From assembly GCA_044342325.1 (NCBI GenBank), contig JBIIPZ010000022.1, positions 1 to 50,103 of the forward strand: DNA of 50,103 nucleotides, in the 5' to 3' direction. Of the stretch, positions 33,568 through 43,817 are shown piece after piece; position 1 is the first letter of the stretch, and each line of letters begins with the position of its first letter. The position numbers and the translations under genes are program-made. Origin of the DNA: Terrimicrobiaceae bacterium (lineage in GTDB: Bacteria; Verrucomicrobiota; Verrucomicrobiia; Chthoniobacterales; Terrimicrobiaceae). The notes beneath the pieces were generated by a model that was not told where the DNA came from, did not search any database, and worked only from the letters and a program-made list of their open reading frames with translations.

Positions 33568-36309
33568 ATGAACACCTCCGTTCCCGCTCGTGCAAACGAG
33601 ACGCTGATCGACGAAATGCACCAATGCTGGCAGGCCGACCGGCATTCGGTGTCACCCGACTGGGCCGCCTTTTTCGAGGGTTTTGAACTCGGGCTTGCCC
33701 GTTTGAAAAAGGAAGAGGAAGCCGCCGCCTCAGGCATCGCCGCCTCACCGCTCCAAGCCCGTGTGGACGCCTTGGTCGCCACCTACCGATCGATTGGCCA
33801 TACCGCTTCGCATCTGAATCCCCTCGCCCCCGCCGCGCCGGAGAACCCTCTACTGGCGCCGTCTGAATTTGGATTCACCGATGCGGACATGAAGGAGGTC
33901 GTCTCATCGCGTCATTTCCAGCAAGGACGCCAAATGCCGCTGGGCGAAATGATCTCCGCCCTTCGCCAAACCTACTCCGACACGCTCGGAGTGGAGTTTT
34001 CCCATATCGAAAATCCCGAAATCCGCGAGTGGGTCGCAGCGCGCGTAGAGAACCGCCGCCGCGCCGACAGAAACTCCGCCGAACTGCACCGCGATGTTCT
34101 GGGCAAAATCTACGAGGCCGAGACATTCGAGTCTTTCATTCACACAAAATACGTTGGCCAAAAACGCTTCTCTCTTGAGGGCGGAGAGTCGCTCATGCTT
34201 TCGCTCAATGCCATTCTTGAGAATTGCCCCAGCCTCGGCGTGCTCGAAATCGTCATGGGCATGGCGCACCGCGGACGATTGAATGTGCTGACCAATTTCC
34301 TGCACAAGCCCGCGAGCCTCATTTTCAACGAATTTCAGGACAGCTTCAATCCGGAGTTGGTAGGCGGCAACGGGGATGTGAAATACCACCTCGGCTACCA
34401 AACCACGCGTGAACTGCCAGGCGGAGACAAGGTCGAGATTCGCCTCGCGGCAAACCCCAGCCATCTGGAAGCGGTGGACCCAGTCGTCGAAGGCAAGGCC
34501 CGCGCCCGCCAGCGGATTCTCCAAGATACCGTGGAACGCAAAAAAGTGGTCCCGATTCTCGTTCATGGTGATGCCGCCTTCATCGGCCAAGGCATCGTTG
34601 CGGAGACATTCAACATGTCACAGCTCGAGGGCTACCGCACCGGCGGCACCATTCATCTCGTGGTGAACAACCAGATCGGCTTCACCACACTGCCTGCGGA
34701 CTCCCGCTCCACGCGCTACTGCACCGACATAGCCAAGATGATCGACGCTCCGATTTTCCATGTGAACGGCGAAGATCCCCTCACCGTCGTGGAAGTCGCA
34801 CAGATCGCACTGGAGTTCCGCCAGAAGTTCGGCCGCGATGTGGTGGTTGATATTTACTGCTACCGCCGACATGGCCACAACGAGACGGACGAACCGGCAT
34901 TCACCCAACCCGACCTCTACAATGTCATCCGTCGCCATCCTCTTCTGAGCACGAAATTCGCCCAAAAGGCAGCAGCGCTCGGCACTGTGTCGGAAAAAGA
35001 CGCCGCCGACATCAAAGCCAAACTCATCGCCAAGCTTGAAGCCGAACTCAGCGAGGTCGCAAAGCCAAGCGATGGCAAAAAGAAAAAGAGCCCGCTCAGC
35101 GGCTCCACGGCGATTTTTCAACCACCCTACTCCCACGATCCCTGCAACACAGAGATCACCAAGCGCACTCTCGACAAGATCGTCAAAGCCATCACCGCTG
35201 CTCCCGAGGGCTTCAATGTCGTTCAAAAAATCCAACGCACGGTGCTCGATCGCCGTCTTCAAGTTTGGAAGGACGGCGGCCCCTACGACTGGGGTCTCGC
35301 CGAGGCTCTCGCCTTCGGATCACTCCTTCTCGAGGGCACGCCTGTGCGACTCTCCGGCCAAGACAGCCGCCGAGGCACATTCAGCCACCGCAATGCGGCT
35401 CTCTATGATGAAAAGACCCGCGAGCGCTATATCCCGCTGAAACACATCTCCTCCAAACAGGAAACCTTCTGCGTCTATAATAGCCCGCTTTCCGAATACG
35501 CCGTGCTTGGTTTCGACTACGGCTACTCGATGGATTTCCCATCCATGCTCTGCATCTGGGAGGCGCAGTTCGGTGATTTCTCGAACGGAGCTCAAATCAT
35601 CATCGATCAGTTCATCGCCTCGGCAGAATCGAAATGGGGCCGCCCCAGCTCGATTGTCCTGCTCCTACCACATGGCTACGAAGGCCAAGGCCCAGAGCAC
35701 TCCAGCGCACGCTTGGAGCGCTTCCTGCAACTCTGCGCGCAGGACAATATGCAGGTCTGCAATCTCACCACACCTGCACAGTATTTCCATGTGCTGCGAC
35801 GACAGATTCACAGAGGCTACCGCAAGCCACTCGTGATCATGACACCCAAGAGCCTTCTTCGTGCAGAGGACGCCTCCTCCCGCGTGGAGGATTTTACGAA
35901 TGCGCGCTTCGAGGAAATTCTCGACGACCCTTCGGTGAAAGACGCCAAGAAGATCAACCGCGTCATCCTGTGCTCAGGCAAAGTCTATTACGATCTCCTG
36001 AAAGCCCGCGCCGAGGATAAGGCCCGCGCCTCAGCTGCTATCGTCCGCATCGAGCAACTTTATCCGCTCAACGACTCGAGCCTCAAGGCGATCTTCAAGC
36101 GCTACCCGGAGGCCAAGGACATCGTCTGGTGCCAAGAGGAACCGAAAAACAACGGAGCATGGGCATTCATAGCGCCCCTCATCGCCGAGATTTCCGGCAA
36201 AATACCTGCCTACGCCGGCCGCCCGGAAAGCGCCAGCCCGGCTGCCGGTTCCTCCGGAAAACACAAAGAACAACAAGCCTCACTTCTCAACCAGGCCTTC
36301 ATAGCCTGA
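33568..36309 (+). CDS. sucA: 2-oxoglutarate dehydrogenase E1
   Basis: KRFSLEG, GMAHRGRLN, NPSHLE, HGDAA, WEAQFGDF, GQGPEHSSAR. Confidence 0.97.
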   Translation: MNTSVPARANETLIDEMHQCWQADRHSVSPDWAAFFEGFELGLARLKKEEEAAASGIAASPLQARVDALVATYRSIGHTASHLNPLAPAAPENPLLAPSEFGFTDADMKEVVSSRHFQQGRQMPLGEMISALRQTYSDTLGVEFSHIENPEIREWVAARVENRRRADRNSAELHRDVLGKIYEAETFESFIHTKYVGQKRFSLEGGESLMLSLNAILENCPSLGVLEIVMGMAHRGRLNVLTNFLHKPASLIFNEFQDSFNPELVGGNGDVKYHLGYQTTRELPGGDKVEIRLAANPSHLEAVDPVVEGKARARQRILQDTVERKKVVPILVHGDAAFIGQGIVAETFNMSQLEGYRTGGTIHLVVNNQIGFTTLPADSRSTRYCTDIAKMIDAPIFHVNGEDPLTVVEVAQIALEFRQKFGRDVVVDIYCYRRHGHNETDEPAFTQPDLYNVIRRHPLLSTKFAQKAAALGTVSEKDAADIKAKLIAKLEAELSEVAKPSDGKKKKSPLSGSTAIFQPPYSHDPCNTEITKRTLDKIVKAITAAPEGFNVVQKIQRTVLDRRLQVWKDGGPYDWGLAEALAFGSLLLEGTPVRLSGQDSRRGTFSHRNAALYDEKTRERYIPLKHISSKQETFCVYNSPLSEYAVLGFDYGYSMDFPSMLCIWEAQFGDFSNGAQIIIDQFIASAESKWGRPSSIVLLLPHGYEGQGPEHSSARLERFLQLCAQDNMQVCNLTTPAQYFHVLRRQIHRGYRKPLVIMTPKSLLRAEDASSRVEDFTNARFEEILDDPSVKDAKKINRVILCSGKVYYDLLKARAEDKARASAAIVRIEQLYPLNDSSLKAIFKRYPEAKDIVWCQEEPKNNGAWAFIAPLIAEISGKIPAYAGRPESASPAAGSSGKHKEQQASLLNQAFIA

Positions 36310-36325
36310 TATCCTGCCTTAACCA

Positions 36326-37426
36326 ATGAACATCGAAGTCAAAATCCCGAGCGCCGGCGAATCCATCACATCCGGAGTTCTATCCATCTGGCATAAAAAA
36401 AATGGCGAACGCGTATCCCGCGACGAACTCCTCTTCACCTTGGAGACGGACAAAGTTTCCCAAGAGGTGATGGCCGCTGACTCCGGCATCCTCCACACCA
36501 AGGTCGCCGAAGGCGAGGAAGTGAAGATCGGTCAAGTCGTGGCCGAGATCGAGCCAGCGGCTGAAGGCGCCACCGTCGCGGCGGCTCCAGCTCCCGTCGA
36601 AGAAAAGGCTCCAGCCCCCGTCGTCGAAGCGCCAAAGCCAGCAGCTCCAGTTGCCACGCCACCGCCCGCTGCAAAAGCCCAAGCTCCAGCGCCGAAGCCG
36701 ACAGAGGCTCTATCCGCGCCGAGCGATTCCCGCGCCACTCGCAAGAAACTCAGCCCTCTGCGTCGCAAGATTGCCACCCAACTCGTCATGGCACAGCAGA
36801 CAGCGGCCATCCTCACCACTTTCAACGAATGCGACATGAGCGCCGTCATGGCCCTCCGCAAGGAACTCCAAGAAGACTTCAGCAAAAAGCACGGCGTCAA
36901 ACTTGGCTTCATGAGCTTTTTCATCAAAGCCGTCGTGGATGCGCTGCAAGCCATCCCGTCCATCAATTCGCGCATCGACGGAGATGAACTCATCACGAAC
37001 AACGCCTACGATATCGGAGTCGCCGTCGGCACCGAACGCGGGCTCATTGTTCCCGTGCTCAAGGATTGCGAGAAACTCTCCTTCGCCGAGATCGAAGCCA
37101 GCCTCGCCGGCTTCGCCGTGAAGGCCCGTGAAGGCCGCATCTCGCTCGAAGACCTCTCCGGCGGCGTGTTTACAATCAGCAACGGCGGCGTTTATGGCTC
37201 GCTCCTCAGCACCCCCATCTTGAACCCGCCGCAATCCGGCATCCTTGGCATGCACAAAATCCAAGAGCGCGCCGTCGTGGTCAATGGCCAGATCGTGGCC
37301 CGCCCGATGATGTATCTCGCCCTCAGCTACGACCATCGCGTGGTGGACGGCAAAGAGGCCGTGACATTCCTCGTCCGCGTCAAAGACTGTCTCGAAAATC
37401 CTGCCCGCCTCCTCCTCGGAGCCTGA
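36326..37426 (+). CDS. sucB: Dihydrolipoamide succinyltransferase E2
   Basis: Lipoyl domain ETDKV, Pro/Ala linker, [13 protein letters not shown]. Confidence 0.96.
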   Translation: MNIEVKIPSAGESITSGVLSIWHKKNGERVSRDELLFTLETDKVSQEVMAADSGILHTKVAEGEEVKIGQVVAEIEPAAEGATVAAAPAPVEEKAPAPVVEAPKPAAPVATPPPAAKAQAPAPKPTEALSAPSDSRATRKKLSPLRRKIATQLVMAQQTAAILTTFNECDMSAVMALRKELQEDFSKKHGVKLGFMSFFIKAVVDALQAIPSINSRIDGDELITNNAYDIGVAVGTERGLIVPVLKDCEKLSFAEIEASLAGFAVKAREGRISLEDLSGGVFTISNGGVYGSLLSTPILNPPQSGILGMHKIQERAVVVNGQIVARPMMYLALSYDHRVVDGKEAVTFLVRVKDCLENPARLLLGA

Positions 37427-37433
37427 TCACACC

Positions 37434-37853
37434 ATGAAAGTTGCCCAAGAATTTCGCGAATTCATCTCACGCGGAAATGTCATCGACCTCGCAGTCGGTG
37501 TCATCATCGGCGCCGCCTTTGGAAAAATTGTTAACAGCCTCGTCTCGGATGTCATCATGCCGCCGATCGGCGCCGTGCTGAAAGGCGTGAACTTCAGCAA
37601 TCTCTTCGTGGCGATTGATGGCAAAACCTACGAGACACTGGCGAAAGCAAAAGAAGCTGGCGCGCCAGTCATCACCTACGGCTTGTTCATCAACCAAGTG
37701 ATCGAATTTTTCATCATAGCCGCCTGCGTTTTCGCGCTGGTGAAAATCGTCAACCAAATCAAACGGGCTCCAGCGCCTGCGACCGCCGAACCTCCCGCTC
37801 CCACGCGCACGGAAGTCCTCTTGGAGGAAATCCGCGACGCTTTGAAAAAATAA
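37434..37853 (+). CDS. mscL: Large-conductance mechanosensitive channel
   Basis: EFREFISRGNVIDLAVGVIIG and LLEEIRD. Confidence 0.97.
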   Translation: MKVAQEFREFISRGNVIDLAVGVIIGAAFGKIVNSLVSDVIMPPIGAVLKGVNFSNLFVAIDGKTYETLAKAKEAGAPVITYGLFINQVIEFFIIAACVFALVKIVNQIKRAPAPATAEPPAPTRTEVLLEEIRDALKK

Positions 37854-37957
37854 GCTCCCGACAAGCGCTCATCCTCCGCAACCACCACGCCGGATAACTT
37901 CTTAGAGATTCTTCCAACTGACTCGAACGCGGCCGTGGCTCCTCGCACACCAAAACG

Positions 37958-38359
37958 ATGTGCTCCGTTTTTAAAAATAAAAACCTCGTCCTCAAACCGG
38001 GGCGTGTTTTGAAGGGCGCAAGCACCCACGGACAGGTTTCCGGCGTCTGGGCGGGTTTTGCGCGCTCGGAGATTTTAGACTGGTGGCACCGGCAGGGCGC
38101 GGAGGAAGTGGAACTCACCGCGACATCATTCGCGGAGCGTTCGAGCAGAACCGGACAACTCGTCTGGGAGGACATTCCAGAAGGCCATATCATCAGCGCC
38201 ATCCTCGACCACAGGCAAAATCCCGCCCTCCTAAAAGTCGTAACCCGTGCCGCAAATCCCGACGAACTATCCAAATTCGAACATCCCCGCCTGCCCTTGC
38301 TCCGAAAACGCAAATTCGCCGCTATCCTCCCCGGCGAAGAGGAACCCGAACTTTTTTAA
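37958..38359 (+). CDS. Small SRAP/YedK-like (SOS response-associated peptidase fold) protein
   Basis: Cys2, ARSE, FAE and VVTRAAN...HPRLP, matching SRAP motif order; only 133 aa. Confidence 0.6.
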   Translation: MCSVFKNKNLVLKPGRVLKGASTHGQVSGVWAGFARSEILDWWHRQGAEEVELTATSFAERSSRTGQLVWEDIPEGHIISAILDHRQNPALLKVVTRAANPDELSKFEHPRLPLLRKRKFAAILPGEEEPELF

Positions 38360-38470
38360 GTATCTGTCATTAAATAAATTTTGCGTCTTACCTTTTCATA
38401 GTTGCATTCCCGCGCTTGATCAATCCTGGGAATGTCCAAAAACGACTTGAACTCCTGACAGAAAAAAACC

Positions 38471-38707
38471 ATGCAAACCATTCGCAAGCATGGGGAAATC
38501 CAAGCGGCTTACAATAATTTGGCCACACTGGATTCGCTATGCTTCGAGTCAGAATTCAAGAGGAGGTTCTTGAATATTTGCGAAGCCTCCCGCACCAATC
38601 CCTGCATACACGCAGGCAATCAACCGTTGCTCTCCTGCATGTATACAGGTGCGAAAAAATGGCTTTACGAAGTTTTTCAAAGCAAATGGAGAGAAGTGGA
38701 AAACTGA
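38471..38707 (+). CDS. Hypothetical protein (78 aa)
   Basis: ATG in the usual CCATG context after an AT-rich intergenic region; no motif. Confidence 0.4.
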   Translation: MQTIRKHGEIQAAYNNLATLDSLCFESEFKRRFLNICEASRTNPCIHAGNQPLLSCMYTGAKKWLYEVFQSKWREVEN

Positions 38708-38770
38708 AGGCTTCGAAGGTTATTCCTACAGAACGCGCCTTTTTGGTTTCAAGAACGCCCGGCGGCGGCA

Positions 38771-39589
38771 ATGATGCAGCACTCGTTGATCTTCCATTCT
38801 GTGAATATTTTTCCACTGCTCATTTCGGGAACAGCCTTGGCGATGGCCATGATGGTTGTTGTTTGGTTTTTTGCGCGCCGGATGAACAATGCAGGGATCG
38901 TGGACATCTGGTGGTCGTTCGGATTCACGCCGGTGGCCCTTTTTTACGGGATCTTCGGAAGCGGCCATATCGTTCGGAACGCCCTCATCGCGGCGATGGT
39001 TTTCGCCTGGAGTTTCCGGTTGGGGATGCATCTCTACAAACGCGTCATGTCGCATCATCCGGAGGAGGACCCACGCTACACCGCGCTGCGCACACAATTT
39101 CCAAAGCACACTTGGCTGATGTTTTTCGGGTTTTTCCAATTGCAGGCGGTTCTGATTGGAGTCTTGAGCATTCCTATCGCGCTGGCGTGTGCGAATCCGT
39201 CTCCAGGGATTGGATTTTTCGAAGTGGCCGGGGTCGTTCTCTGGCTGGTTGCGATCGGCGGAGAGTCCATCGCCGACATGCAGCTCAAACTTTTCAAGGC
39301 GCAACCGGCATTGAAAGGCCGCGTGTGCGATATCGGGCTTTGGAAATATTCGCGGCATCCGAACTATTTCTTCGAGTGGATGGTCTGGATCGCCTACTTC
39401 GTGTTCGCTCTTGGCTCGCCGGGGAGCTGGGTCGGTCTCGCCAGTCCGCTTTTAATGCTCTATTTTCTGACCTGTATGACCGGCATACCGCCTGCGGAGG
39501 CCAGATCCCTTGCCACACGCGGAGACGCCTACCGCGACTACCAACGACGCACCAGCCCATTCATTCCCTGGATTCCTAAAAAACCATGA
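38771..39589 (+). CDS. DUF1295 family membrane protein (steroid 5-alpha-reductase-like)
   Basis: NAGIVDIWW, EDPRY, ADMQL, GLWKYSRHPNYFFE, YQRRTSPFIPW; true start may be GTG 38801. Confidence 0.9.
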   Translation: MMQHSLIFHSVNIFPLLISGTALAMAMMVVVWFFARRMNNAGIVDIWWSFGFTPVALFYGIFGSGHIVRNALIAAMVFAWSFRLGMHLYKRVMSHHPEEDPRYTALRTQFPKHTWLMFFGFFQLQAVLIGVLSIPIALACANPSPGIGFFEVAGVVLWLVAIGGESIADMQLKLFKAQPALKGRVCDIGLWKYSRHPNYFFEWMVWIAYFVFALGSPGSWVGLASPLLMLYFLTCMTGIPPAEARSLATRGDAYRDYQRRTSPFIPWIPKKP

Positions 39590-40635
39590 TCTCCATCGAC
39601 GACCTTCTCGCCCGAAATCTCCTGCCCGACGCCGCCATTCGCATCGGCATACGCAACCTCTTGGCAAAAAAGCTCCGCGAGGAGACAAAGCCCGACGCCA
39701 TCGCGCAGAGCGAGGCCCTGAGCGCATTCATCGAAGAACTGAAGCGCAGTCCAATCGCCATCAAGACCGAAGCGGCCAACGAGCAGCACTACGAGGTGCC
39801 GACCGATTTCTTTAAACTCGTCCTCGGACCACGCATGAAATACAGCTCCGGCTACTGGCCGCGCGAGGACACGACTTTTGCCGAATCAGAGGACGCCATG
39901 CTCGCCCTCAGCTGCGAGCGCGCCCAACTCACCGATGGACAGGATGTGCTGGAACTCGGCTGTGGCTGGGGAAGCCTCACGCTCTGGATGGCGGAAAAAT
40001 ACCCGAACTCCCGCATCACAGGCGTTTCCAACTCCTCCACTCAAAAAGCCCACATCGACGCCGAAGCAGCGCGGCGGGGATTCAAAAATGTGCGCATCCT
40101 GACTGCAGACATGAATGAATTTGAAGCCGGCGACACCTCGTTCGACCGCGTGGTTTCCGTCGAAATGTTCGAGCACATGAAGAACTACCAGCTCCTCATG
40201 GCAAAAGTCGCCCGCTGGCTGCGCCCCGGAGGAAAGCTCTTCGTTCACATCTTCACCCACCGCGAATTCGCCTACCATTTTGAAGGCAAGGACCCGTCAG
40301 ACTGGATCACCCGCTACTTTTTCGAGGGCGGCACCATGCCCTCGGACGACCTCCTGCTCTACTTCCAGGACGACCTCACCATTCGAGGCCACTGGCGTGT
40401 GTGCGGCACTCACTACCAAAGAACCTCGGAAGCCTGGCTGGAAAAAATGGACGCCAACGAGGCAGTCATCACTCCCATTCTTGAGGCCACCTACGGCAAG
40501 GAAAACACCGCCAAGTGGCGCGCCTACTGGCGGGTCTTCTTCCTCTCATGCGCGGAACTCTGGGGCTTTAGCAGCAGCAACGAATGGCTCGTGAGCCATT
40601 ACCTTTTCGAGAAGAACATCCGCCGCTCCAGTTAG
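39586..40635 (+). CDS. SAM-dependent methyltransferase, cyclopropane-fatty-acid synthase (CMAS) family
   Basis: ANEQHYE, LGPRMKYS, LELGCGWG, VSVEMFEH, YFF.GG.MP; ATGA overlap with the DUF1295 gene. Confidence 0.92.
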   Translation: MISIDDLLARNLLPDAAIRIGIRNLLAKKLREETKPDAIAQSEALSAFIEELKRSPIAIKTEAANEQHYEVPTDFFKLVLGPRMKYSSGYWPREDTTFAESEDAMLALSCERAQLTDGQDVLELGCGWGSLTLWMAEKYPNSRITGVSNSSTQKAHIDAEAARRGFKNVRILTADMNEFEAGDTSFDRVVSVEMFEHMKNYQLLMAKVARWLRPGGKLFVHIFTHREFAYHFEGKDPSDWITRYFFEGGTMPSDDLLLYFQDDLTIRGHWRVCGTHYQRTSEAWLEKMDANEAVITPILEATYGKENTAKWRAYWRVFFLSCAELWGFSSSNEWLVSHYLFEKNIRRSS

Positions 40636-40665
40636 CGCTAGGCTGGAAAGAGAGGTGGCTTTGGG

Positions 40666-41781
40666 CTAAAAAAATCCACCCGAGCTGCGCAGACCGCTGA
40701 AATACCACTCGGCCAATTCCCTGCCGCCGAGAAGCCAGAGGAGGGCGCCCAGCGCAAGAAACGGCCCAAACGGAATCCGGACGCCGGCACGGTCCCTGGC
40801 CAGAGCGATGCCGGCGAAACCCGCAATGGAGCCGATGATGGATGCCGCGAAAAGGGTGAATAGAACGGCCTGCCAGCCCAGGAAGGCGCCAATGCAGGCG
40901 ATGAATTTCACATCGCCGAACCCCATGGCCTCTCTGGGAATCACGACCGCCTTCATTTTGCCCGAGATGCGCTCGAGCTGGTCCAGTGACCCGCTGGATG
41001 TTTCAAACTCATAGCGGTTGTGCCAGAATTTCAGCTTGCCGCGAATTTCGGCACCATCAGCTCCCAGTGCGGCCCCGTCGACTTCAATCGTGAGCACATC
41101 GCGCTCTCTCGAAAAAATATCCATCCAATCCAGTTCCTCGCCCGCCAGCGTTAGCACGGCGCGATCCCCCTGCCTCCTCCATTCAAAGTCTTCCGCTTCG
41201 GGAAATGCATGCCGGATTTTTCCAAATGCCAGCTTCCCTCCCTCCACGACCAGGAAGAGCAGTCCAAAGCCAAGGGCGGCCCCTCCGAGCGAATAGGCCA
41301 GAGACTCCCAACGCGAAACGGAATCCATCATTTCCGGGACAAGCGCGGCGAAGACAACCCCCGCCACTGCACCGCCCCATGTGATTTCATCCGGAATGAT
41401 GAAATGCTCGAAATCAATAAAAGTCGCCACCACGAGCAAGCTCACAAAAACCCAATACACGACCGCCAAAGGCAAACCGAAACGCTCCCACACGACGGCA
41501 AAGAGCAATGCCGTCAGAGCCTCAACCAAAAAGTAACGGAACGGAATCCGCCATCCACAGCCTGAACACTTGCCGCGCAAAGCAAGCCAACTGAACAGCG
41601 GCAGGTTCTCATACCAGGGAATGACCCGCTCGCAACCGGGACAAAACGAGCGCCGAGGCTCGTTCAGGCCTACCCCGCGCGGCATGCGGTGGATGCAGGC
41701 GTTTAAAAACGAACCAACGATAGCCCCGAGCAGTAGGGCAAAGATCCCGAACACAAATTCACTCGTCGAACCGTATGGCAT
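40666..41781 (-). CDS. pilD: Type IV prepilin peptidase / N-methyltransferase (A24) with internal insertion
   Basis: GSFLN, CPGC...CSGC Zn motif, FIDFEHFIIPD and AMGFGDVK catalytic aspartates, PFGPFL. Confidence 0.93.
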   Translation of the reverse strand: MPYGSTSEFVFGIFALLLGAIVGSFLNACIHRMPRGVGLNEPRRSFCPGCERVIPWYENLPLFSWLALRGKCSGCGWRIPFRYFLVEALTALLFAVVWERFGLPLAVVYWVFVSLLVVATFIDFEHFIIPDEITWGGAVAGVVFAALVPEMMDSVSRWESLAYSLGGAALGFGLLFLVVEGGKLAFGKIRHAFPEAEDFEWRRQGDRAVLTLAGEELDWMDIFSRERDVLTIEVDGAALGADGAEIRGKLKFWHNRYEFETSSGSLDQLERISGKMKAVVIPREAMGFGDVKFIACIGAFLGWQAVLFTLFAASIIGSIAGFAGIALARDRAGVRIPFGPFLALGALLWLLGGRELAEWYFSGLRSSGGFF

Positions 41782-41982
41782 GAACTCGCAAGAGCGTAGG
41801 GAGGAACGCCGCAGGTGGAAAGGCGCAAGGCTTCGGATTTCACCCCATTGAGAGGCTTCAGAGAAGATTGTTTGGTGTGAATGTGAGCGGGGGCTCGTTG
41901 ATCGACCCACGCGAACAAACTGCGGATTCCGGCTCCGGTGGCTGTGACCGCAGACAATGAACCACACCGGCCAAAGACAATA

Positions 41983-42432
41983 ATGAACACACTGATCCGT
42001 TGGAATCCCTTCCGGGAATTCGAAACCATGACGAACCGCATGAACAGCATCTTCCCGAGACCGCCATTAACTTGGAACATCGATGAGACGCTGAACACAA
42101 ACGAGTGGAGCCCGCTCGTGGATGTAGAGGAAACCGACAAGGAATACACCATCAAGGCTGAACTCCCCGAAGTGAAGCGAGAGGATGTCAAAATCCAAGT
42201 GGAAGACGGCTCACTCCGCATCTCCGGCGAGCGCAAACTCGAGAAGGAGGAGAGTGGACGCCGTTTCCACCGCCTTGAAAGAAGCTACGGCGCTTTCGAG
42301 CGTTCGTTCTCCCTACCCGAGGGCACGAGAAAAAACGAGGTCTCGGCCGAGTTTAAGGACGGCCTTCTGAGGGTGCACCTGCCGAAAGGCGAGATTGCAA
42401 AACCAAAAGCGCTGGAAATCCCGGTTAGCTAG
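41983..42432 (+). CDS. Hsp20/alpha-crystallin small heat-shock protein
   Basis: P.VDV.E, AELP, ISGER, ERSYGAFERSFSLP, DGLL. Confidence 0.95.
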   Translation: MNTLIRWNPFREFETMTNRMNSIFPRPPLTWNIDETLNTNEWSPLVDVEETDKEYTIKAELPEVKREDVKIQVEDGSLRISGERKLEKEESGRRFHRLERSYGAFERSFSLPEGTRKNEVSAEFKDGLLRVHLPKGEIAKPKALEIPVS

Positions 42433-42488
42433 GGGAAAGCCGTCCTCGTGCGTGCCCGCAAGGGCACGCACGTTAGACCTCCGCCGCC

Positions 42489-43817
42489 ATGCAAGACATC
42501 CGCCAAACCCTGCGCGCGTTCTACAAAAGCCCCGCTGTGCGCGCGAGAATGCTGGAATTTCTTGGTGGAAAAACTCCCTCCACAGCGACATGCGACTACA
42601 TCACGGCAGATGGCGTGGAATGGCCGGTTCGCGAGCCCCGCATGCCGGACGAGCTTTTCCACAGTCTTGAGGAAGGCTTGGATATCTGCCGCTCGCTCTC
42701 CGACCGGGAATCCCTCATTGCCCATCTCGACATCGAGTATGTGAACTTTGATTTCGCCGCCGAGGCCTATCTGGACCCCAAAAGAACTTTTGAACTCCAG
42801 GAACCCGTGGCCAAAGCCATCCATCGAATCCTCGAACACTGTGGCATCCAAGCGCTCCATGTTCTCAGCGGACGCGGCCACCACTATGTCTGGCGAATCC
42901 GCCGCGACTCGCCGGTCTTTTCAGAACTTTGCGACCTCGGGTCAAAGGCCGCCAGCGATGGACATGCCCCGACACAAATCGAAAAGGCATTCGCAGGCCT
43001 AGGGCTGGTGATGGAATTTTTTGGCCGTCTCATTCTTGAAATGGCCCGCCCGCATTGCCGGATTCCAATCGAACTGACGGCCGTGGAAGTCGCGCCTTCG
43101 CAGCGTGGTCGGGAGATGATTTCTATCGACCTCTCCGAGTATGGCGACCCGCTGTCGACGCGCACGGTGCGGGTTCCGTTCAGCGGATATCTCAAGCCTT
43201 GGCAACAATCCTACGCTGTCGGTGTGGATAACATCGGTAAGATCGGGCCGATCATTTTCGTGCCTGCGGGGGAGAACGAAACCTCCGGCGCCGTGGCCGC
43301 CATGCGCGACCCCGAGCGCGCCGCGCGATGGGCGGAGCACTTCTCGACAGATATTCCCGACGCCACCTCCGGCACCGGTGAACTTCTAAGGGAATACGAA
43401 ATTTCCGACCTACGCGCCTTCCACGATTTTTTTTACTCCAGGCAACACGACCCCGTTGCCAGCTGGCCGCACACCTACGACCACACGCCTCTCGAGACCC
43501 TCCCGGAGAGTGTTCGCGATGCACTGCTTTTTCCAAACGATCTCCTTCTCCGCCCAACAACCATTCGCGCCGTCACCGAAACCCTTGTGCCCAGAGGTTG
43601 GCATCCCAGACATGTCGCCGGCCTCATCCGCTCCAAATTTGAGCGCGACTATGGCTGGGGAAAGCAATGGAAGGATTACTCCCCAAAGATGCGGGCGGAT
43701 TTTTATGTGCGGATTTTCTCGGGCTTGAAAACCAGTGTCGCCGACGAAGCTGCAAGCATCGCGGAAGCGGAACTGGAGGGATCGCACACACACCATTTTG
43801 AAAGGGTTCTCATATGA
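42489..43817 (+). CDS. Hypothetical protein with archaeo-eukaryotic primase (AEP)-like catalytic motifs
   Basis: LIAHLDIE (motif I, D81/E83), SGRGHH (motif II), ISID (motif III, D214), RVPFS. Confidence 0.6.
   Translation: MQDIRQTLRAFYKSPAVRARMLEFLGGKTPSTATCDYITADGVEWPVREPRMPDELFHSLEEGLDICRSLSDRESLIAHLDIEYVNFDFAAEAYLDPKRTFELQEPVAKAIHRILEHCGIQALHVLSGRGHHYVWRIRRDSPVFSELCDLGSKAASDGHAPTQIEKAFAGLGLVMEFFGRLILEMARPHCRIPIELTAVEVAPSQRGREMISIDLSEYGDPLSTRTVRVPFSGYLKPWQQSYAVGVDNIGKIGPIIFVPAGENETSGAVAAMRDPERAARWAEHFSTDIPDATSGTGELLREYEISDLRAFHDFFYSRQHDPVASWPHTYDHTPLETLPESVRDALLFPNDLLLRPTTIRAVTETLVPRGWHPRHVAGLIRSKFERDYGWGKQWKDYSPKMRADFYVRIFSGLKTSVADEAASIAEAELEGSHTHHFERVLI

Noticed and set aside
37854..37957. 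LexA box upstream of the SRAP-like gene
   Set aside because: No TGTTC-N4-GAACA or CTGT-N8-ACAG palindrome found by eye
38539..39579. 346-aa alternative-frame ORF over the DUF1295 gene
   Set aside because: Arg/Ser-rich composition with no motifs; the overlapping DUF1295 frame has clear family signatures
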